Below are positions 36,598 to 48,975 of a stretch of 64,000 nt of DNA, piece after piece. The position numbers and the translations under genes are program-made. How positions within the stretch are numbered: the first letter of the stretch is position 1; the number at the start of each line of letters is the position of its first letter. The notes beneath the pieces are model-generated. The model ran no database searches and was not told the DNA's origin. It saw nothing but the letters and a program-made list of their open reading frames with translations. Origin of the DNA: the human T2T-CHM13v2.0 reference genome, Homo sapiens; the NCBI RefSeq assembly GCF_009914755.1, contig NC_060933.1. One strand, written 5' to 3'.

Positions 36598-39500
36598 CTT
36601 AAAATAGTCTATACAGCTGACTTCCCTTATTGGATCCTAGTGCAGGGACATGTCAGAATTATTTGTGTAGCCTGGTGCCTGGTACAGTGGCTGAACTGAA
36701 TAGGGGCTCCATAAATGTTCTGTATGTTTAATTGAGCCGTCCCATATTTGAAGTCAGATGAGTGTTTCCAGAGGACAGAGAGAAGAGACAGCAACTTGGG
36801 GTGTCAATAATGGCTGGATTCCCATACAGCAACTCTACAGAAATTTACCTAACATCCTGGAGCATGCACATGAAAAGAAAGAAATGTTAATTTTCAAGGA
36901 GCTTATATTTTCATGAAGTGAGATAGGGGAAGTTCATATAGAAAATGGACTCTGTTATGATTCTGTTTAGACATGAGTATGTGTATAAACAGCTGGAAAA
37001 AAAATACACTGGACCACGAAGAATGGCACTCACTAAATAGTGGGATCAGAGGTGATTTTAATCATATTCTCATTCACTTTTCTCTACGTTTTTTATACTG
37101 ACTATATTTTACCTCTGTAGCAGATGCAAATACTCACTTTAAAGATTCATTTAGTCAACCAACCTCTTCTGAGAGCTGGCATTGTGGGACTCTGTCCTCA
37201 GGAGCTTAGTCCAAGGGGCTGAGAAAAGACATGCTATAAATAGCTATAAAGCAAAGTAGAAAGCTTAGAGGAAAGGAGATTACTTCTGGCTGGATCTAAA
37301 AACTCTTCATGGAGGAGTCTCAAAGAATTGGCAAGATTTCAACAAATGGCTGTGTGGCAAGAAGGCACTTCAGATGGAGAATTGGCACAAGGGAAGGAAG
37401 GCAAGAAGGTCACAAATGTACAAAGGGATACAGTGGGGGGAACCGGTATAAAACGCAGAAGCCACCATTATAGAGAGAGGCTGGGGGTTACCAACTCTTG
37501 CCCATGGAGCATCACCTAGCAGAATAATACAAGTGCCAGGTCCCACTTGGGGCTCCTTTATGCAATCAGACCAAGCCCGAGCTCAGAGGTTAATAAAGCT
37601 CTCCATATATCATGAATTAAGATGACAAGGTGGATGGACTGATGGGTGAATGGGTGAATGGATGGACCACAGTCATTCTGACTTAATTAAACAGCCTGGG
37701 TTAGTGAAGAGAATACTAAATTTTGAGTCAGAAGCTTATATTTTTGTGATCCCTCTACAGCACCTGACTGGTATCCTGGAGCACAAATTACAGAGCCTCT
37801 ATGATTTTCTTTACTTGTAAAATGGGGGTCACAGTCTGGCCTACTTACATCACATCTAATGTAGAACTGAGAGAAAATAAGGCCATACATAGCAACATGC
37901 TTGGAAATCTGCAAAGTTTTACAGTTAGTACTGAAAGCAAATGCAATCATCCAACGACATACTTCATCCATCAATATACCTTCCAATAATTATCTACTGA
38001 CTATCTGAAATGTGCCAGGCACAGTGCTAGGTCCTAAGGATAGATTGGAGGAAAAGATCAATTTGACTACTATCCTCACAGACTTTCCAGTTTAGTCTGG
38101 ATATTCCTTTGTTCCCTCTAAGCAGCAGCAAGCATTTCCCCTTGCTTCAGTTTTTTCAGTCATCCACCCATTTAATCATTAATTCATAGTAGAAGGCGAT
38201 GCCTGTCTAGGACATTACAGTCTTCATTATTTAGCATGCTGCAGGTGTGCAATAAATATTTGTCAAATCAATGTATCACTAAATGTACATTTTCTGAGTT
38301 TCTTGTCTTCAAGAAAGTCACAATCTAGGAGAGCAGAAAAAGGAAAGTCAGCAAAGATGATAAGTGTGTGGTAATGACCACAAGATAGGAGGTACAGCTT
38401 GTTACAGGAACACACGTGAGAGGTCAGTTAATGCTCCTCATTTATCAGGAGATTGGACAGGGCAAGCAGGGAGAGTCTATAATCTGGACATTTCATAATT
38501 CTAAGAGATCCTGATGTCAGGCCAGGTTAAATGCCCACAGGATAATGCCAATGGTATGCTAGGTTTGGGAGGTCACCCGTGGGGACAGAAGGTGGAGAAG
38601 TGGCAGGGGCCACAACATGGCCAAAGCCCTCTGGCAGCAGCTGGAGAACAGACTCAAGCTCTTCTGGAAAGAATGGTACTCTTCAAATAGTGGGATTAGA
38701 GTCTCCAGACTCCAGAGGTGCCTTAGACTCCTCCTCCCCAACCCCAGCTGTCAGCGCTCATCTCTGCCTCTGCCTCCAATCTGCCCATTACCACCTCCTT
38801 TGGGAACTGCATCTTTTACATGAAACTGTTTTCCCAAGCCACTCAGTGAAGATAAATAATACAGTTATACCCAGTTAAATAAGGGAGGGGAAGAGAAGAA
38901 TTAAGAGCTATTGGCAAGGGAGAAAAGCATATCGTTTCAGATTAGATTTGGAAATAGATAGAGGGTTGCTGGAATTGATTCTCATTACTCCTAGTTATTC
39001 TCTCCCGTACCATTTCCCTCTCTCCTTGCTGTATTTCTTTGCTTGGTCTTTGTCATTTCGCTTCATGATATGCCCTTGGTTTCTATGTTTGCATGCTCTC
39101 TCTGTCTCTCTTTTTAAAAACACAGCCCAATGTCAATGAGTTTTTCTACTTCTTCTTCTCCTCTTCCTTGTCCCACAACATTGCAAACTGATGCAGAGAG
39201 TGGGTGACTAAAGAATGGAGACAGGAACTAACCTTTGCTAACACCTACTTACGTGCCAGGCTAAGGGCTTTCATTCATTGTCGCATTTAGCCCTCATAGG
39301 AAACCCACATAGGTAAAGTAGATAGTAGAACACCGAGTTTTCAGCTGAGATGTCTGAGGACCTAAAAGGGGACTACACTTTTCCAAACCCTGATTCACAG
39401 ATTCCAAATTCAGTGTTTTCACCACTGTCCTACATAGGCTGAGAAAGGAGCTTGCATATTTGAGTAAAGAGATCGAGGAATCAAGTGTATGCCAGGAGGT

Positions 39501-41557
39501 GTGATATGATAAGTACCAGGGCAGTAGGCATCCTTCCAGGTCACTCAGGTGCTCTGCCTATCCATTTCATCATAGTAAAGTCCTTTGTTTCCTCTGTTTT
39601 TAAGATGCAAATATCTCCTGGGAAAGAGGTATATGAAGCATTCTGTCTTACGGTGAATGAGTTTTTAAGATCACTTTGCTCCTTCCTATATTTCACTGGG
39701 TTGACCTTTAACAAATTAAGTTCACCTCTCTGAGCCTCACTGGCCTCACATGAAAGAATGGGAATCATAAAATCAATCTCTTATGATAGCTGTGAGAATA
39801 ACAGGAGATAATGCATTGGAAGGAGCCTAGAGCAGCATTTAGCCTATGGATACTCCCTGTCAGTTGTCTGTCTTCTCGTCACTCTTTTCTATCTCACCAC
39901 TGTCAAGGCAAGAAGCACCTGGTTGTTTTGAGAAAAGTGGTGGGGGTGGGAGGGGGGGTGACAGTACCAAATATAAAGAAAAAGGAGGCAGCAGTCACAG
40001 AGATAAAACTTCCTACTTTACTTGTAAACAGTTTCCAAGACCCTTCCACCTTGTCCCCAGTGCCCCGTAAACCTTTTAAAGTTATCCCTACAGCAACGAT
40101 CTGGAATCATGGAAAATTACAACAGGAAGAGAGTGTAAAGGGATAGAGATCAATGATCTATCCCACCCATTTTACTAATATGTTAAATAAGGACCAGAGA
40201 AGAGTAGCAACTTGCCTTAAATCACACAGCATCATGATGCAGTGTTCTTCTGATCTCATTGTTTAGAAGAACAACGAGACAAGGATTCACTGAGAGGAGA
40301 GGCAGAACCTCCTTAAATCCCAAAAGTAATTTAGCAGTATGCGGGACAAGGAGTGGTAAAAATCCCTTATAATGCCAGGGCCCCTTCCAACTCTCCTGAA
40401 GATGCTGCCAAGAGGGCATCTTAAGTCTGTGTTTCTAAGTCTGACTTGTCAACCCCAACCCCCACACCCCAACCCAGGGGACTCAGCATCTGAATGCCAC
40501 ATGCATGGATTCAGACCTGACATGTAAAATGCAATGAGTCAGGAAAGCATGGCACCATGCAGTGTGATGTGTGAGGAGGAAAAATGAAACCTGTAAAACC
40601 CAGTGACCAAACAGAGCCTAGAAGAATAAACATACTTGACATTAAGTCCAACAGCTATTTGCAGAAAGATGGGAGAGGCAAGGCTTAAAGGAATACCTTT
40701 ATATGATGAATTAATCCCCAGGGTCAGACGCTGGCCTAAATCCATTGCTTATGGGAATCATATCATGGTCCACTAGCCCCAAGCAACATTCTTACCTCTT
40801 AGCCTTTGTTCAGACCATGTCACCTGCCTGAAATGCCTTAATCTTTTCTTCTGCATACATGGATGTTACCCATCATTCAAAACCCAGCTGAAGTGACCCT
40901 CTAAGAGCCCAGTTCAAAATGCCCTCTCCCTCTCCTGAGCCCTCAACTCCCCTGGCAGGCTTCTACTTCCTTCCCTGACTTCACGAACTTCACCCATCCC
41001 TAATTCTCATGACTTTTGCTAGATCATAAGAGTCTTCTGGACCAGGAATTGCTTTTATCTCCTCTGTGTCCTTTTTGGTAGCTCAGCAATTTTTGCAACA
41101 GCAGGAGCCTGACAAATATTGACTGATACAAGATTAAAATAGAAACCCAAGTAAAGAGGACAGCATGGTGAAATTCCTGACTCCAATTTCACAGATTGGA
41201 ATACTGAGGTAGAGTGTGCAGGAAGGGGACTCGGAGAGATTAAGAACGAGAAGTGGGAAGGACCAAGTAAGAGCTCCTCAGACTAAGCACACCTTGTTTT
41301 ACCTGTCCCCTACCCTCTCCTTCACCCCTGCTTTATAGCCCCCTATGCCATCTATCCAAATGGCACCAACCTGGACCAAATGACATTTGATGCAGCCAAA
41401 CCAGGACAACTGAGCTCTCCTGTGCCTTGTCTATCTCTGCTCTGTCATTCCTCCATGTGCCCCTGCCTTTATGCTCATAGATCCATATCCTTGTTTTTCA
41501 CTGTTCTCTGTTTCACTGTTTTTTACCAACCTAACTCTTAATCTTCAGAACTCAGAT

Positions 41558-42100
41558 GTAAGTAGACTACACAAACAGTCAACAGCTCTCCTCCTCTTTA
41601 CATCTAAACCAGTGTCATGTGACATTGCAGATATCCCTGTCAAGAGGTGAGTCTGTTTTTCCTCCCCTTGAATCAGAGTTGGCTGCAGGACTTTCTCTAG
41701 CCAATGGGAAAATGACGAAAGTGACACACTCAGAGATTTGAAAAGCGTTTATGTACTGGGGCTTGCCCCCTCTTGATGCTCCTGGGATCCCTGCAATTGT
41801 CATGTGAGATTAGCTTGATGGAGGCAGAGAGAAGGATGGCCCATCTGCCTATGCTGCCCCAGACAAAACCTGCTGCTAACCACAGAATATGTGAGAGAAG
41901 CCAACCTGGGTCATCCTGCTGCTAGCAAACCTGCCGGCTGACCACAGATGCAGGAGAGAGCCCATAGAGATCAGCCAAGACCATACGAAGTGCCCAACTA
42001 AGCTCAGCGTAAATAACCAGCCCATATAAATAGGAGCAAATCAATTGTCATAAGCCACTAAGTTTTGGGGTGTTTGTTACACAGCAATAGCTAACTGGAA
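41558..42100 (+). mobile_element. MLT1G/H-like solo LTR inserted in an L2
   Basis: caagaggtgagtctgtttttcctccccttgaatc...gtactggggcttgccc...taagccactaagttttggggtgtttgttacacagcaatagctaact. Confidence 0.8.
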
Positions 42101-44879
42101 GATGCCGCCTCCTTTATGCAGCATCCCCCCTCACCCCACCACAAGATGGGGTTGGGCTTTCCTGCTCTGTGCGTGTCACGCTATATGTAATCATTGCTTC
42201 AGTTATTTCATGCTTCACCTACCCTCTCCTCCCCAAGTCTCTGAGCTTCTTAAAACTAAAAGCCTTGTCTCTTTTGCTGCCCACTACCTCCCTAACACCT
42301 AGCTCAGAGTTGGTGCTTAATGGGCATGTGTAGCACAGAACAAACTGATGTTGAAATTTTGCCCTAAGAGGGATCCTGCCGTATTTCCCTCAGCCCCTCC
42401 TCCTTCTAATCAAAGTCTCTGTGGCTCTGATTTGAGAGTGAGTGAGTATTGATTGGCTTCAACAGTACTGCTTCAGGAGTGTAGTCTGCCTCTATATTCC
42501 TTAAATAAGCTCCATGCCTGTTCGGTGTGTTCACAGCAGCCTTGATTGTAATTCAGCCTCTACTCCATTACCCTTATTTATGACGTGGTGCTGGAGCACA
42601 GAGCCCCAGGCCGTCAGTGGAATGATTACAGGACCCTTTTGACTTGCAATTCCACACCATTCAGTCCAATTTAGGCCGGCCACAGATGGTGCCCTGTGGC
42701 AAGGAAGGGGTGATTACAGGATGCCAGGCTGAGGGTGGGGAGGAGGGAACTAACGACCCTCTTGATTTTCTCTCTGCATCAGAGAAAGATGAAAAAATGG
42801 CTAAGGTTATTTAATGTCCCTTCCCACCAGAACAGTGTGTGCCTGAATTATGACAGATCAAGCCCCTCTCCGATGGGGTCAGACACGAGAAGTCCTGGGA
42901 CCACTGTGGGGACACCTTTTAATTCAGTGCAAGATGCCAGACTCCTCTCTGCAGGTGACATGACAGAATGTTGTTCCCATATTGCCAGGCTAGCAGTAGG
43001 AAAAGTGGAATTCCACTCTTGTCTTTGCTCTGTGACCTTTGGTGAGGCATTCATTTCTTTGAGCCTGTCTTCTCATCTGTCAAATGTGGGGACTGATCCC
43101 TCCTCTGACTCCTTCCCTAGGTCATTGGAGGCAGTAAAAGGAAAAATTCACCAGAAAGAACTTTAAATAGAATGTTCCCTGTGCAAAAGTCATGGTTATG
43201 ATTAATGCCAATCAACCTGGTGGAAGATGTCTAGAAAACTGAAACCAAGAGGCTCAACAGGAAAGGCTGAAATTCCCTGCTATTTTTTTAAATACATCAG
43301 CTCCCCAATATAGCACAGGGCCAGGACTCAAGCTCTAAAACCAGCCACCTGGATTCCCACCTCTGCCACTCTATTAGTTGAATAACCTTCCAGAAATCAC
43401 TTAACTTCTCAAAATCTCACTTTCATCATATAAACTGGTGAAAGTAGCGTCATAATAATCACTGGAGCATGAAAGCCAGGAAGGCAAGCACTGGTTTGTC
43501 TTAGTCATCATGTATCACAGTACCTAGACAGTGCCTGGTAAAATGTAACCACTTAATTTAAAAATAATAAAAAGGCTAACACTTATTAAGTGCTTACTCT
43601 GTGCGAGTCTCTGTTCTTAGCTGTGTGCACATATCTCATTTCAAACTCCTGACATTCCCATGACTTAAGGATAATGATAAAGCCACAGGTAACAATGCTG
43701 AGTTACTGTGCCAGCACAAGAACCAGCACATGTCTGTGCTCAATAATGTCTGCAGCAGTGAATGTTGCTACTACTATCTCCTCTGCGGTGCTACACAAAT
43801 AAATTGCTTTTACTCCAGTTAATATAGACATCATTTGAGATCACTTGCTTTGAAGCAACAGAGCCTGTCTTTGATTGTAAATTCCTGGAAAAAGGAAAAG
43901 ATACATCCTTTGAATATCCTCTTCAGGGCACTGTGGTTACAACCTGGAATATCCTCAGGGTGTCGGACTAGAAATCAAGACATCTCAATTGTCACACCTC
44001 CCTCTGGCTCCCACCCCACTTGGTTCTTTCCATTTCCAGAATCACAGAAACTCTAAACTTAGAGTAGACTCTGTCAACTCAGCAAATGTTTCCGGAGAGC
44101 GTTTCCTGCACCAAGCCCTTTGTGGAAGCTTTTGGGCATAATTTTCCTGGGTCTCCACTTCTCATTTAGAGTCAAGAAAACTGAAACTCAGAGAGAACAG
44201 GGGAGTTATCCCAGGTTACATAGCAAGTCAGGGATAGGGCTGGTGAGAATCCAGCCTCTTGACCTCAAGGACACGCTCTCTGTACTCTACCTGCCAGATT
44301 CTGAGTAGCCTCCTTGCTCTGCCACTGATGTGCTGTTTCACCCGGGGAACGCACTTCCCTTTCTGAACCTCACTTTTCTCACCTGTAAAATGGGAATAGA
44401 CATGGCATCTTCAGAGGCTGTTCAGAGGATTTACTAAAGAATGCTGTTAGTAAAGATGCTTTGATCTCACACTGTCTTAATGGAAACTGTGTTATGCTAT
44501 CAGAAAACAGCGACAACTACACCTTCCAGTCTACATGATAAACCTTATACACAAGTCTCAGCTCTATTATTTATCTGAGAATAGGAACTAGGAGAAGGGG
44601 GGCCCATCTAGCTGGTGTCCCATCCACTCATCCCATGCACCTTTTTTGAATGTTTTTCTTTAATGACCACTGACTCAGGGCTGTAACTCTTTCCCTCATA
44701 ACCACCACCCTAATTCCTATCTACTACGTGATGTGAAATATACTAGAAGGAACATGTTGCCAGAGCCAGGAGGAATGTCCTTGTGATGGGCAGGTGTGCC
44801 TATCACAGAGGGAATCAGGCTGTTTACTGGCATTGGGAACATTGGGAGTGAGGACCAAGTTAGATAAATCATCTCTAGG

Positions 44880-45640
44880 GCGTATATACATTCAATCAGG
44901 CTAAATGGATCATAGGTACACAAAAAGCCATGTTTATACAACCTAAAAACCCCTGTGAAAATGTTCAACCGGGGGAACACACCCATTTATATGTCTGTTC
45001 TCTTAAAGTACAAGTGTGCTCACAAACACATGTACTTCCTTGTGAATCTATGCATCTGAATCTGACAGGAAAGCATTCATATCTCCTCCTATGCACAAAC
45101 ATATATGTTCACATATGGCTGTTTCCTCATACGCATGCATGTCTGCACAGACTGATGTGTTCATGTATGAATACAGACAATAATGCTACAGAGTAGAAGG
45201 TTTTGCATGTAAAACCTCACACACACATTCTATAAAACTGCTCCCTCCTAACACTGACATCATGAGTATTTCTGTATGTGTGCACATTGATGCATTCCAT
45301 GACACACGTAAACTTGCATCCTCATGTAGATATGCACATACGTATGTGAAAACTTTGACAACACAGTGTTCACAGGGATATGTAAGGCCCTCCCACATGC
45401 ATGCTCCTGTAATGTGCTCACTAGGTTCGCCCACATATGTACATCATGCATGCTCCATTGTGAATGTTCAGACCAGCATATGTGTGCACTGGTTCTTTAC
45501 ACAGGTAGGCACATGGCCACCTTCATGGGCAGACATAGGCATATGTGCTCAGGCATGCACATGCCTGCCAAAACAGGTTTTAACCCAAGGGCATACCCAA
45601 GCCCTCATGTGTGTCCTCAAATACATGGGTACATAAATGA
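44880..45640. repeat. Degenerate purine-pyrimidine alternating (CA/TG/TA)-rich region
   Basis: Dense cacaca/tgtgtg/catgca/catatg words over ~760 bp. Confidence 0.65.
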
Positions 45641-46065
45641 CATCAGGAAATGTCCTTCTGAGCCTCTGAAATATCTCTGGATCTTTCTTCCTAGAGGCCA
45701 CGTTTTGCACTCAAACAGAAAGACCAAATCCTCTCCTGCGGTCTCCTGAAAGCCTGTTTCCTCTTTTCTGGTATGACTGACAGACTGCTGTAGAGCACAG
45801 AAGAGCAGAACAGCCTTGTTCTCGAACTGTCCATCCACTTAATCCTTTCTGATTTTGTTATGGGAAAAAAATTTCCACTGATTTGCTATTTTATCCCCTC
45901 AGCCTGGTGTCCTTGAAAGAGAGAGATACTGACACATGGCAGAAAAAGGTCCTCTGATTCCCAGCTCCAGGCGGCCCAGTGACCTTCCTCTGGGACTCTG
46001 GCTTCCACACACCATGCAGGAAACCTGGCCAGGAAGCCAAAGCTGATGTCCTGGATGCTGGGGCA

Positions 46066-46102
46066 AAATCAATCAATCAATCAATCAATCAAACAAACAA
46101 AA
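46066..46102. repeat. (ATCA)n(AAAC)n microsatellite
   Basis: aatcaatcaatcaatcaatcaatcaaacaaacaaa. Confidence 0.9.
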
Positions 46103-47689
46103 AGGAGAAATAATGCATTAATACTCCTTCACTTTCCATACAGCCAGACATTATGCTTATCAATGTTGCACACTGCAATTCATGCTCAACACACCCTCGA
46201 GGGACCTATTAGCAAGCCCATTTTACAGAGAAAAAAACTGAGATTCCCAGAGGTGAAGGCACTATTCTAAGGCACTAAATGCAGTTAGTATGGAGCACAT
46301 CTGCTTGCCTCAAAGCATTTTAAAAACTCAGGAGAATCTGGAAGGAAGCAGGATGTGTTACTACTGCCTGGCCTCTGGAATCCTCCTCATTTCAAGTGCA
46401 CTTTCAGGAGTTTCACTCCCTGGAAGAGGCCAAGTGCACTGCAGAGTCATTTTTCCAGGCTGATCAAGGAACAGGGACCTGGATAAGAAGAGAAAGTTTG
46501 GGGAACAAAAGGAGAAATAGAGTAGGACAGGAGAATGGACAGGATTGGCAGAGGAGGAGAAAAAGGAGAGGGAGAGGACAGCTTTAAAAGGTGGTCTAGT
46601 TCATCTACCTTTAAAAAAAAAAATAACAAACACTGAGCCCCTTCTCTGTGCTGGACTTCATAGGAGATGCTGGCAGTGAGGGGACAGAACAGGATTTTTC
46701 ATCCATGAAACTCCTAGACTAGTGCGGCTAATGCCTGTTGCATATGGCATGTGAAAACTTGAGTGAACTTTCCAAATCAGTGAAGAAAGAGAGATGAAAA
46801 ATGACCTCCCCTTCCATAAGTCAGCTTTTACCACTATGGGCATTAATTATCCATCAAGCCTATTATGCATGTTTTCCTGCATAATCCTCACAACTACCTT
46901 TCAAGATGGTTATTATATCACATTATATATTCATTTATGTATGTGTGTATGTACATGTGTATATGTACACACGTTTGGCTCAGAGAAGTGCAGACACTAC
47001 ATGAAAATCACACAGTATTTCAGCAGCAGAGGTGGCATTCAGACTCCCTCAGCTGTACTTCTGGGTCCTTGGCCTAAGCCATTCCTTTTACTGCCCCTTC
47101 TGCCACTGGCTGCATCTACTACTTATGGTAGCTGACACAAAATCAGTTATTTAGCCTGAGACAGCAGAGCTAGATAGACCTTAAGAGAGAATCTAGACTT
47201 AGCAAAACTGAGGTTAAAAAAGATGAAGTGGCTTGGCCAATGTCTGAACTAGGACTAGAATCTAGCCTTCTGACCCCTAAGATCAATACTGTTTGCAGAA
47301 TGCGCTTTATGGCAGGCCATGCGTTTTTAAGAATGACAACTCTTCACCCTGATATTGCTGACCCAGAAGGCAGGAAGATAGATGCAGGAACAGTGATGCC
47401 TCCAAGTTCTTCTCCAAGTGCTAGAGATAAAGCAAACCTTCCATCCCTAAGGTTATAGGATTAGCAATCCTAATTTACAGATAAGCCAACTGAGGCCAAG
47501 AGAGGGAAAGGGATTTGGCTACAAAAAAGTGGGGCAGCCCTCCTATACCAAATCTAGGACCCTTTCCCATAGAATTCACTCTGAACAGCCCTGGAAGCAG
47601 CTGGGTGTAGAGGATTAGAAGACAAGTGTGGGAGGCAAGCAGATGGGTGGTTCCAGAGGTACCCCCTTAATTGCTCTGGAATCTTGTGA

Positions 47690-47824
47690 GGTCACATAGG
47701 GCCTAGCATTTAGAAAGGTCCCATGCTGAGTTTAAGGCTCTGCTGTCACCATCTTGAAATTACAAGCAAAGGCCCCCACGTTTTCATTTTGCACTGGGCC
47801 CTGCAAATTATGTAGCTGGTCCTG
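47690..47824 (-). mobile_element. MER91A-like hAT DNA transposon fragment
   Basis: ctctgctgtcaccatcttgaaatt...ttttcattttgcactgggccctgcaaattatgtagctggtcctg. Confidence 0.75.
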
Positions 47825-48299
47825 TCTTTGACACTTTTCCTTTCTGAGCCTGTTTCTTCATCTCTGGAATGGGGTAAATAATGGGGTAACTTGACAGGGT
47901 GTGCAGCCAATACTGTCTTCCCTTCTCTGAGCCAAACATATATGTATGTGTGTACACATATACACAAATACATACATGCAAACGTGCATCAATATATAAC
48001 AGGTTTGAGAGGGCGGCATCACTTTTTCTCAGTCAAACACCTTTCCCTCACTTGTCCTCAGTTAACTTACCTGTAAAATAGGTTTGCTAATCCTATAGCC
48101 CCAGGGGTGGAAGGCTTACTTTCTCTCTCGCACTAAGAGAAGATCTTGGAGGCATCTCTGTTCCTGCATCTATCTTCCTGCCTTCCAAGCCAGCAATATC
48201 AGAGTCAGAATTTGTCATTCTTGAGGTCCTTCCCACCTCTTCCTTGGCGCTCGTCTTTCTAGTACAGTCTAGTAAAGCATTCTCCTGAAGACACCTGAA

Positions 48300-48975
<676 letters not shown>

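Noticed and set aside
42676-42695. Possible CTCF site ggccacagatggtgcc
   Set aside because: The spacing of the CCAC-to-AG core is one base short of consensus. It is better read as a CAGATGG E-box.
44930-45749. Cys/His/Met-rich ORFs suggestive of metal-binding proteins
   Set aside because: An artefact of (CA/TG)-rich low-complexity DNA with no zinc-finger spacing.
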